DNA of 18,529 bases, taken from assembly GCA_024626585.2 (NCBI GenBank), contig JANKJI020000004.1, positions 175,753,971-175,772,499 on the forward strand, read 5' to 3'. The notes under the pieces are model-generated. The model saw only the letters and a list, made by a program, of their open reading frames with translations. It had not been told where the DNA came from and made no database searches. Below, in pieces: positions 8,941-18,529 of this stretch. The stretch is from Ginkgo biloba. Taxonomy: Eukaryota > Plantae > Ginkgophyta. The translations under genes were made by a program, and so were the position numbers. Position 1 is the stretch's first letter. Each line of letters starts with the position of its first letter.

Positions 8941-9569
8941 GATCATCCTGAGATTCTAGACATCTCTAATGTTATGTTTCTTGGTTTTATAAATAACCCA
9001 TTTTGAAGATTCTNNNNNNNNNNNNNNNNNNNNNNNNNNNNNNNNNNNNNNNNNNNNNNNNNNNNNNNNNNNNNNNNNNNNNNNNNNNNNNNNNNNNNNN
9101 NNNNNNNNNNNNNATTATGGTTATACACTAATATGAGAATGGAATAAGTGGAATTAGAAATAACAATGAACGAGAAGGGGTTTGATGTGAGTAAATTATC
9201 TATGAGCACCACTTCACTTAGCATAAATAATTACTTTCCCTCTTATGAGGATGAGCGATGGGATTTCATTACATCCCTCTTCTTAATGATATATATCATG
9301 ACACCTCATGTAATCCACTTCTTCTGATAGGTTCATCCCTTTGATGGAGTTGATAGATGCTCTAACCTATGATCTTGGCCCCTATATCTTCATTTTTTAT
9401 GGTATCGACACAAACATTGGAGGATCTAAAATGATTTTGATGATGAGGGAGGAGACTAAAGATGCATCACCATCAACAAAATATCTTCCTTAAATGAGCC
9501 AAACCCTTTAAAAGAGAATTATGTAGCTAGAACATATGGGGCATAGCCCCATCTTTTGATCTCTAAAAT

Positions 9570-9870
9570 GGTATTCAAGGATAAAAACTTAGAGGCTATA
9601 AAATGTTCACAACATTTTATAGTTTAATACCATACATGTACCTAACTCCCAAGGTAATATATATCTCAAGGAGGAACTCTAGTGTTGAAAATTCTTCTTC
9701 ATATTTTATTCTACGTATAAGTTATGAGAATGTAATATATAATAAACATATCACCTATAATACTTCATCACTTGATAGAAGTTGTTGTAATTGGGATTTT
9801 ATGTAACAAAGGAATTTGTTTCATGTTCTTTACATTGTGCCACGTTCTAAGTCTATATTTTTTAGAATCT
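9570..9870 (-). mobile_element. Possible retropepsin-region remnant of a gypsy polyprotein
   Basis: The minus strand has YITLGVRYMYGIK, resembling the Y.+LLGR.+.Y.+KA motif at the end of gypsy proteases. Its strand and position upstream of the RT are as expected, but it lies across a gap. Very decayed. Confidence 0.35.
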
Positions 9871-11760
9871 AACTTGAAAACAATACAACAAGGACAAAAT
9901 CATGAGGGGTGCCCTTTTAAGAGGTCAACAATATAATTTCAATCTAATTAGGATTGGATAGGATCCTTATTGATACTTTATACTTAGGAGGAGGAAAATT
10001 CAATTTTCATTAACATGTGACTAAGAGGTCCCTTTTGGAAAAGGACCACGCCCTTTAAGGGATACTTTCTTATGCTAACATCCTTGATAGGTAGATGATG
10101 AGTAATATTCTACTATCATTGTGATGGGCATATGAGCATATTACTAACTTATTTAATGGGCATATGGGTATAAGGATAAGGAAATCCACTCAGACTGGTT
10201 AGTGTAAATTAGTGCCTAGGTTTCTTTTTTTTTCCCTTACTTAAATATTAGGTTCCCCAACCAAGGACTTCATATTTAAGGCCTTCTTACCCTAATAATT
10301 CAAAGTAATTAGTGTCCCCTCACTTTTTGTGGGTCATATTCACGTTGTAACATCCCAAGTCATGTACTTTTTTGTATAAGTCCATGTGTATTGAATTTTA
10401 TTATAAATTAAAAGGAACATTAATTCCACTTTAACAATAAGTAAACACTATCATAAATCCCTTTTCATATGTTCACATTGTAATATTNNNNNNNNNNNNN
10501 NNNNNNNNNNNNNNNNNNNNNNNNNNNNNNNNNNNNNNNNNNNNNNNNNNNNNNNNNNNNNNNNNNNNNNNNNNNNNNNNNNNNNNNAATTTTAGCCGTG
10601 AAAAATGGCGTACCTTGTGACTTAGGTTAGGGATGATAGCACCTAGATTTACTAGATGGTCCATCTATTTGTTAAAGGTTTATGGGTATGACCCAAACTA
10701 TAAGATGTAAACCTTGAGAGTAAGGTTCAAGCGATAGCCAACTTATCCTCCAAAAACCAATCTTTATTTGTTTAGTGGCCCTGAAAGAAGTTGATGAGAA
10801 GAATAGAATCTTTGTGAATTCTCAGATTCTTTATTCCTTACCCATGGGTAATTTTTAGACCTAGGATCGAATCTTCATATTATGTTGAGTTGTTGGATTG
10901 GTTATCCAGACCCTAAGCATAGACCTTAATTAATTTTTTTCTTCTATTGAGAATCCATCATCTTGCACTTACCTTTCTTGGATTATTCTTAGCTACTCTA
11001 TTGAACTTAAGAATTACATCATGGTCATTCATCATTTCCTTATTCCTCCTCTGACTCTTCAAATCTTTGGCCTGTCCTTTAATGGTAATTAATTATTATT
11101 ATCTTATAAGAATTTATTACATTTTATAATTTTCAAGTTATATTTATAAAAATATTGATATAATCTTTTCTTACNNNNNNNNNNNNNNNNNNAGTGATGA
11201 TATATCAAAGATAAGGATGTAGGTACACTAAGGGTTTCACAATGGTTGAGAATAGAGACACATTGAGAGATGCATAATAAGGGACATGACATTGGTTGAG
11301 GATAGTGAGAGAATCATAAAGGCCTATGAGGAAAACTTCAAGGGATTCATAATGGTTTGGAACCCTCTAAGGGGGGTGGAGGCCCTATGGGTATGATAGA
11401 CTTCACTAAAGGAGGAGGCCAACCCTATCACATAGACCAGGGAGTCCAAGGATCCAATTTTATCCTTATAATGGTTGTGTCTAGTATAATGAGATCCTAT
11501 CTCAAAATATTTAAAGAAGACAAGAATCACTTGGAATACCAACAAATAAGAGAAAGACAATCATTCAATTATTGAGAGAGTTCTTTATATTTGGTAAGGA
11601 GAAGGCATAGTAGTAAAATTAATAAGACCATGCAAAAGAAGATCAAGTTTCCTCATAGGGGGGTGAGTTCAAGGATATCCCAAGCTTCATCGATGAAGAT
11701 ACATCTACAATTACATTTTCCAATGAGGATATTAAGGATGCATGTGTGGACCTCTAATCC

Positions 11761-11939
11761 ATAACCCTAATTGGAAAATTTAATGGTATTATACAATGTG
11801 GGAACAGGATTTAGTAACTTAGGGAAGAATCATTAAAGGACCAGTTTATTTTCAACTAAAAGGAAAAGGTTATTTCAATATATTTTTTGAATCATATACT
11901 GACTTCAAAACTATATTCTAAAGAGGACTTTAGCTCTTT
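11761..11939 (+). mobile_element. LINE/L1 ORF1 remnant (DUF4283-like)
   Basis: TLIGKFNGI, a frameshift, then T*GRIIKGPVYFQLKGKGYFNIFFESYTDFKTIF*RGL*LF. Compare plant L1 ORF1 LIGKF.G..W...+GFF.F.F....D...IF..GPW. Confidence 0.65.
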
Positions 11940-12039
11940 NNNNNNNNNNNNNNNNNNNNNNNNNNNNNNNNNNNNNNNNNNNNNNNNNNNNNNNNNNNNN
12001 NNNNNNNNNNNNNNNNNNNNNNNNNNNNNNNNNNNNNNN

Positions 12040-12300
12040 ATTAGCATTGCTTCTCTTGTATCATTTTATCAAATTTTCTTCACATAGCACAATGGTAGTC
12101 TATCTTAGAGATATTTTTCATTGAACACAAAGGCTTGCTTCTAGATGAGGACTCTGCATTACTGATCAATGGATCCTAATAAGGTTCATATCAACGGTTT
12201 TCTAATGATCTCCCTGCTCATATTATATGTAGATTGGTGTTTAATACCACCCTTTATATAATATGGGCAATTCAAATTTAGGCTTTCTTCAACAAAAAAA
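12040..12300 (+). mobile_element. Possible LINE ORF2 C-terminal remnant
   Basis: IICRLVFNTTLYIIWAIQI*AFFN resembles the terminal +Y.IW..RN...F motif of L1 ORF2. Short and decayed. Confidence 0.35.
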
Positions 12301-12499
12301 AAATTAGCACAGATCAAACTTTGGGGAAGATCCTTTCTTAGAATCATGCCTGGATTAAATATCCAAATCTTTAAGAGTCAATTATGATAAAATCAAGAGA
12401 TAAACATCAATAAGGATAGTAACTCTATTCATTTTATGTATATGGTGAGGAATTCATTTTAGCATCATGCTTTAATGTACGAGTCCTTAATCATTATTA

Positions 12500-13035
12500 T
12501 TTGAGTCTTGGTAGAGTAGAGATAGTCTATTATTATGAACTCCACTATGTATAGTAACTATGTAATATCTTATCAAAGAGGTGAAGGTAATCTCACGTAG
12601 AGACTGCAAAGTATGAGAACAAGTGTAAAGAGTGTAAGGAATGTGTGAATATAACATTATGTCTTCTATTATAAGAAGGTCATAGTATAAATATAGCAAT
12701 ATAGGATCTAAAAGGAAATATGCCCATGTACACTTAAAGAAGCCTATGCATGCATGCAAACTAACTTAGAGATTATTTTCAAATAGAAACATACATGTGT
12801 ATGCTTGATGTCTAAAAATGGTATCCATGCAAGGATCCAAATATTGAGTTGAAAAAAATAAGAGAAAATCTATGTAAGGAAACAATCCCAAAATCAAGTA
12901 TGAGCAATCCTCTTACAGGATTACTAAATATAATCCTTTAGGCCTTATCATGGTCATATCCCCTCAACTAGGATAAACTCCATGGGACCATATGCTATGC
13001 CCCTCCTAGTTCTATCACATCACATCCTCCCCTCT
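12500..13035 (-). mobile_element. Polypurine tract (13025-13035) and putative 3' LTR starting with TG at about 13022-13024; distal end uncertain
   Basis: The minus strand reads AGAGGGGAGGA followed directly by TG, just downstream of the end of the integrase in copy A. Confidence 0.55.
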
Positions 13036-13074
13036 AAAGAAGTAATGGACACCATTTCTTTATCCAATAAATGC

Positions 13075-13860
13075 AAAAACTCTTTCTTCAAGTTGTCCCA
13101 AGTAACCCACTTACCCTAATGTGGGTGTTAACCCTTCCTTTCTATAATGAATGAATCTAAAGTACAATACCTTGTCTTATTAGCTTAATATTTAAAGACC
13201 ATATCCTCCTACAAAGGATCTGTAAAATATGGCACTATCCCATATGGATACTAAGGTAAAATTGAAGCAAGTTCCTCAAACAAAGGTGGTTCATATAGTT
13301 TTAACTTGCCCAAATTAAGCATAAGATGGAGTCTCATGTAAGGTGGAAATTCCAATTAAAATGAATTATCTCCATGCTAATCTACTATTTTATAAGGACC
13401 ATATCTTAGAGGATTAATCTTCCTCTCCTTTTTATTAAGCCTTTCATTTTGAACATAAATCTAAACTTATCTTTCACCTAAAATGAGTGATCTGCTCTAT
13501 GTCAGTTGTTGTCCTCCTTGAACCTACCCTGATCATTTTTTGAGGCTTCATGTACTTGCCTATGTACCCTTTGAATGTGCTTAATGAAGTGAATGGAATG
13601 TCCATGAGCCTCCTGCTCAGAAGATGAAAATGTAGAAGGTAATGTTGGAACTTGCAATCCCAAACAAGCCTCAAAAGGAGTTATACTAATAGAGCAATGA
13701 ATGGATCTATTGTAATTGCACTAGATGCAATGAAGAGATTCATTCCAAGTCATAGGATGGCTAGACTTGTAAAGACGCAAGGCGTGTATCAAGGTTTTGC
13801 TCACCACCTATATTTGACCATTTATCTATAGATGAAAATAAATTGAATTTAAAGTAATTG
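13075..13860 (-). mobile_element. Degenerate Ty3/gypsy integrase C-terminal half (copy A) with GPY motif and chromodomain-like tail
   Basis: The minus strand gives FHL*INGQI*VVSKTLIHALR (decayed HPQTDGQTEVVNRTL), PLRYGPYKIVD, LEFPPYMRLH..KLKLYEPPL and RKG*HPH*GKWVTWDNLKK. Confidence 0.85.
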
Positions 13861-13864
13861 AGCA

Positions 13865-14063
13865 TAGTAGGAGGATGGAGTTCGAAAGTGGGCTCTGCTA
13901 GGGTTTTGCCTAGTAGAGGGTAATGGCGGCTCAATTTGGTTATGCCGTGGGTTCTGGTCTTGGCGTTGGTGTGAGGTTCCTCAGGTGGAGGTTGTTCTAC
14001 TTCTGGCCCTTTGGTTTTTGGTTGCGGTCCCTTTCGGTCTAGAACGTCCTAAGGCGAGCTCTA
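13865..14063. other. GC-rich, CpG-retaining segment abutting the truncated integrase; probable younger insertion, possibly a LINE 5' end
   Basis: Composition shifts abruptly where integrase homology stops. It contains a telo-box-like TAGGGTTT and has no recognisable ORF. Confidence 0.35.
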
Positions 14064-14164
14064 NNNNNNNNNNNNNNNNNNNNNNNNNNNNNNNNNNNNN
14101 NNNNNNNNNNNNNNNNNNNNNNNNNNNNNNNNNNNNNNNNNNNNNNNNNNNNNNNNNNNNNNNA

Positions 14165-15312
14165 CTATTTCTTCAACTTGTCTAAAGTAACCCACTTGGC
14201 CTGATATGGGTATTGACCCTTCCTTTAAATAAGGAATGAGTCTAAGGTATAATACCTTATCTTCTTATCCTAATTCTCAAAGACCATATCCTCCTCTAAA
14301 GGATCTATGAAATCAAGAATTATCCTATTTGGATGTTGAGGTGAAATTGTGTCAAGATCCTCCAACACTAGTGGCTCATATGGATTTAACTTGTCCACAT
14401 TGAATATATGATGAAGTTTCATATAAGGTGGAAAGTCTAAGTAGAATACATTATCTCCATGCTACTCCACTATGCTATAAGGACCATATATGAGAGGCTT
14501 TATCTTCCTCTCATTCTCCTTAAATTGATCCTTTGGAAGATAAATCTAAACTTTATCTCATACTTAGAAGGATTCATCTTCTGTATCTCATTTATTAACC
14601 TCCTTGGAATTATGATGAGCCTTCTCCAAGGTCTCATGAACTTTTTTATGTACCTTCTAAATGTGATTAATAAAGTATGTGACCTACCCATGAGCCTATT
14701 TCTCAGAATATGATGATATAAAAGGTAATTATGGTACTTTTAAATTAATAGGATACTTGGGTAAATAACTCAACCAAGCCTCAAAAGGAGAGATTATAAT
14801 AGAGTGATGAAATGATATATTATAACTTAGGTGGATGTATGAGATATACCCATTCCGCTTCTTGGGATGACTAGCATTATAAATAGGCAATGCATTCACT
14901 AAGGTTATATTCACCACCTTTATCTATTCATTTATTTATTAATGGAAGTAAGTTAACATCTCCAACTTTGTATCCATCATCCCCCATTAATGTGTTTAAA
15001 AATGACTCAAAAATTTACCATCCCTATATGAAATCATATAAAATGCTAACCTAAAGTGTGTACAAACATGTGTGAAGAATAACCTAACAACTTATGGTGT
15101 TGAAACTATCCTTTCGTAAGCTATCAAAATATCCATTTTGCTAAACATGTATATCACTAAAAAGATGTAATCATGCCCTCTCTGGGTCATTAGAAAACCT
15201 ATAAGAAAATCAATAGAGATAGACTCCTAAGACCTATATGATACTAGTAAGGTCTAGTACTTCCCAATATTCCTATTAGAAGGCTTAGAAGTATAAATTA
15301 AAGAGAATTCTT
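14165..15312 (-). mobile_element. Degenerate Ty3/gypsy integrase (copy B): core, GPY motif and chromodomain-like tail
   Basis: The minus strand gives SKPSNRNIGKY*TLLVSYRS*ESISIDFLIGFLMTQRGHDYIFLVIYMFSKM, DGKFLSHF, KPLIYGPY and EEDMVFEN*DKKIRYYTLDSFLI*RKGQYPYQAKWVTLDKLKK*. Collinear with copy A at the DNA level. Confidence 0.88.
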
Positions 15313-17271
15313 NNNNNNNNNNNNNNNNNNNNNNNNNNNNNNNNNNNNNNNNNNNNNNNNNNNNNNNNNNNNNNNNNNNNNNNNNNNNNNNNNNNNNNNN
15401 NNNNNNNNNNNNATTATTGGAAAAAACCCACATTAATTTAGCAAATCGTTGTGCCTTTTCTCAACTTCTTGAAATTAGTCTTAATGACCTCAAAAGTTCA
15501 TATAAGTTCATCTTTCAAACCTTCATTTGTCAATGCTTCATATTCTTAGCTCACATTTGAGTGCAATGTGTATCATTTAAGGTATTATTTTTAGTGATAA
15601 CAACTCCCTAAATTATTAATCAAATGGAAGGATCTTTTGTCAAATACATTACTTGATAGTGAAAGTCCTTTGTATATGAATCTCTTGAACTTCCAAATTA
15701 AATTTGTAAACATAGGTTTCCAAGGGAGGAAGACTTGTTATGATCTTATTGTGACATTGCGAATAAATATTAATATTGAAGCTAGTCCCTAATATAAAGT
15801 AGGCTTTATTATCATTGTGATACATTTGAGTGTGGCATGTTAAATACCCTATTTTATGATGCATCTAACTACCAATAATTGGTGAAGTAGAAGACAGTGA
15901 ATCCTTGACAAAATAATGGAAGATGTTAGATCCTACTAATGTTTATCTAATTGCAGAGAAATTAATGATGTCTATCAGGTGGCATAAGGCTCCATTTTGT
16001 GTATTTAGGTTGTATTTAAGAAGCAGCCTATGGACCACCAATTTATTGTGCTTTTATGGTTAATTGATCATGTCCATTACAAATGCCCAATTATTATTTA
16101 TTACCATAAATACTTATATAGAATCACTATTGAGATTATAACTTCATATATTCTAATATTATTAGTATTAGTGATGCTATTGTTATATGTCTATTACAAG
16201 TGTATAAATGGTTGAACATTCATTTCATGCATTTTCCCCCGTTATTTTAATGATTTAATTATAATGGAAGTGATTTAATTCTTAGTAGCTACAAACTACT
16301 AATACTTTATAAGGCTTAAGAAACTAAGTTTTATTTAGTAGTTATTTGGTGGAATTTTCTATAAGGCAAAGAATGACAAACATATTACTCGAGGCACCTA
16401 CACATGCATTATAGATACTTCAAATTAATATTAATGGAAACTTTATAATGGGTATGAAAAATAAGATGCCACTTGCTTAGGGTTCACTTAAGGGGTCTCT
16501 TGCCAACTTACCTTTTCCTAAATATTAGTAAACACGTAAATTATAGAGAGCACATATNNNNNNNNNNNNNNNNNNNNNNNNNNNNNNNNNNNNNNNNNNN
16601 NNNNNNNNNNNNNNNNNNNNNNNNNNNNNNNNNNNNNNNNNNNNNNNNNNNNNNNNNTAGAGCCATACAATATAATACATATAGATTATATATATGCATG
16701 TTTTAACCATACAAATGATAAATGTCTAAAAGGCCATATGGTAGATCTAGAGTTATTCAATGAATGCGTAGTCCATTATACATGTGTGCAAAGCATATAA
16801 AAGCATTGTAAGTGAGAACTCCATAAACATATGATAATGAAGAAAATCATGCACAATTATACTATAAAGTGTGCACAATGCAATAAAAAGGAGTTGTAAT
16901 ATGCAGAAATTAGCCTCGAATATATGTAGTATTTCCTAAATCTATGAAATGCATTAAAGAGTATGATTTTGGGTGATAACACATTCCTATCCAGAATAAT
17001 ATTGTTATTATTATTTGGTTCACTTGTACAGTGAGTTTGTAAATTTGTCTTATATATTAAGAGTATATTAGTATGCTATGTCCTTATGAAATTTAAACAT
17101 TTGCAAATGTAGTGAAAAATGCATGTTGATAGATTTTAGAGCATTTAGATTTATTTTAAGAAGGTTAAAGAATTTGGATAGGAGTTTAGATAAATTAATT
17201 AATATTGATAATAGGTTGTAACACCTATGTATAAGCACTCTACAATACTAATCAAGAACAAAAGATACTTG

Positions 17272-17343
17272 ATTCTCTAATGTTGATCTCCTTTTTTATT
17301 ATGAAAGCTTTTCCAATAAAAAAGGAGATCAACATTAGAGAAT
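17272..17343. repeat. 72-bp palindrome with perfect 29-bp arms
   Basis: ATTCTCTAATGTTGATCTCCTTTTTTATT-atgAAAGCTTTtcc-AATAAAAAAGGAGATCAACATTAGAGAAT. The centre is itself palindromic (AAAGCTTT). Confidence 0.95.
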
Positions 17344-17869
17344 GCACTATAAGTACATTGTAAGCTTTCACAATAAAATGTTAATCTTCAAGTACATTGT
17401 ACAAAACACACAAGCATAAGTTTATGTTATTACCTTTAAGATTAGCATAATGAATAAAAAATATGATTAAAAAACCATACATACAGGAGATAACAAAAAT
17501 AATTGACAGGGATAAAAAAAATCAATAATAAAACTAAAATTAGGCTAAAAATACATCATAGTCTTGGTGATACACCCTTCTCAAATAGTATCATACCCAT
17601 ACCTCTATCTTAAACTTTGTTACACTAGAATAAAATGAATGAATGAACTTGGATGAGCTTTCAAATAAATTGGAAAAACCTCTAATAATAAAATGCTCTT
17701 CTTCTACCCCCCAAAAAAAATCTTTAACTAAAATGAAAGCAAATTCTTTTAAGAGGAGAATTATTATCTCCCTTTAATGGTTGAAAAAAAAGAAGAAGTC
17801 TCAAACATGTGTAATAATAAATGGAATTAAGTGATCATAATTTACTTATTTAGATCCATTAAGAAATGA

Positions 17870-18480
17870 TAATCTCATGTCTTATTCATAAGTCGTAGTT
17901 GCTAATGTATTTGGATACCTAATCCAATAGAAGGCATATTTTAGATCAATTAGTGGAATCTTCATACCCCAAATGAGAATCAATAGATAATAATAAGGCA
18001 CTTTATTGATAACTCTTTCTTAACTATTCAGGATGAAGAGACTAAAATTATGAAAAATATGAAGTGAATATATATATAATGGAAGGAAAATATTATTATA
18101 CCATTTTAGAACTAAGGAATATCCTCAATAGATGAACAAGCACGAGTGATCTTGGATCAGGATTGGTGAATCCTTTAAAATATTTGACATACCCTTTAGA
18201 TTTAAAATTTCCCTCATTGACATGTGCTAATTTAAGGTGGACAAAGTTGACAAGAATATATCTAAATGGATCTCTAAGCCCCTAAACCTCCTAACCAGAT
18301 ATTATATATCCACAAATATATTGGCTTCCATGCATGTGCAATACTTGTGTTGTTTACCCTCTAGGAATTCCTATAATAAACCTATTCAACTCATTGATCA
18401 TTTATTTGAGTTGTTAATAAGGGAAAGAAGGGATTTTATAGGGTTAAATGGAAAATCTATTATCATTCTATGGAAAAAGG
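17870..18480 (+). mobile_element. Degenerate LINE/L1 ORF2 reverse transcriptase, C-terminal part
   Basis: VANVFGYLI, then RHFIDNSFLTI (decayed FADD, about 18000). Further on, GESFKIFDIPF..KVDKVDKNISKWISKPLNLLTR..ILASMHVQY matches the L1 pattern F+YLG+P...DK+..++..W..K.LS.AGR...L.S. Confidence 0.75.
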
Positions 18481-18529
18481 ATGGTTATGTATAATTTAAT
18501 TGTAAATATATTATACATCCCTTTATGTT

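Larger units (their letters stand above)
1176..16657. other. Multiple assembly gaps, mostly exactly 100 N
   Basis: Gaps at about 1176-1275, 5420-5519, 6925-7029, 7586-7685, 9014-9113, 10488-10587, 11175-11192, 11940-12039, 14064-14163, 15313-15412 and 16558-16657. Confidence 0.95.

Noticed and set aside
5607-15312. A single intact LTR retrotransposon spanning the gypsy pieces
   Set aside because: Strands and domain order conflict, LINE fragments intervene, no matching LTR pair is visible, and the pieces lie on different gap-separated contigs.
1112-16710. Track ORFs containing X runs and other short AT-rich ORFs
   Set aside because: They are artefacts of reading through N gaps, or off-frame and antisense readings of decayed retroelements. 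The real part of 1112-1309 is the H3 pseudogene.

Overview
AT-rich, heavily decayed plant nuclear DNA, probably a large seed-plant genome such as a gymnosperm (inferred from the style of the UGT and retroelement sequences). About 11 N-gaps, mostly 100 N, split it into contigs that are mostly about 1-2 kb long (the longest, 1276-5419, is about 4 kb), so adjacency across gaps is uncertain. I can support no intact protein-coding gene. Most of the window is retroelement debris: Ty3/gypsy gag, RT/RNase H, three integrase remnants, an LTR end with a tRNA-Met PBS, a PPT, and LINE/L1 ORF1 and RT remnants. There are two host-gene relics: an intronless, G>A/C>T-riddled histone H3 (H3.1-like) pseudogene at 843-1175 and the C-terminal tail of a family-1 UDP-glycosyltransferase at about 4087-4332. 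The least explained part is a CpG-retaining island at about 2545-4060. It holds two short repeat families and many stem-loops. One family is a ~113-bp hairpin unit present twice in tandem plus an inverted half copy, with a third, diverged copy at 413-527 between 44-bp direct repeats upstream of H3. The island ends in a 43-bp-arm fold-back next to the UGT fragment. All homology calls come from hand translation and recalled motifs; no searches were run.
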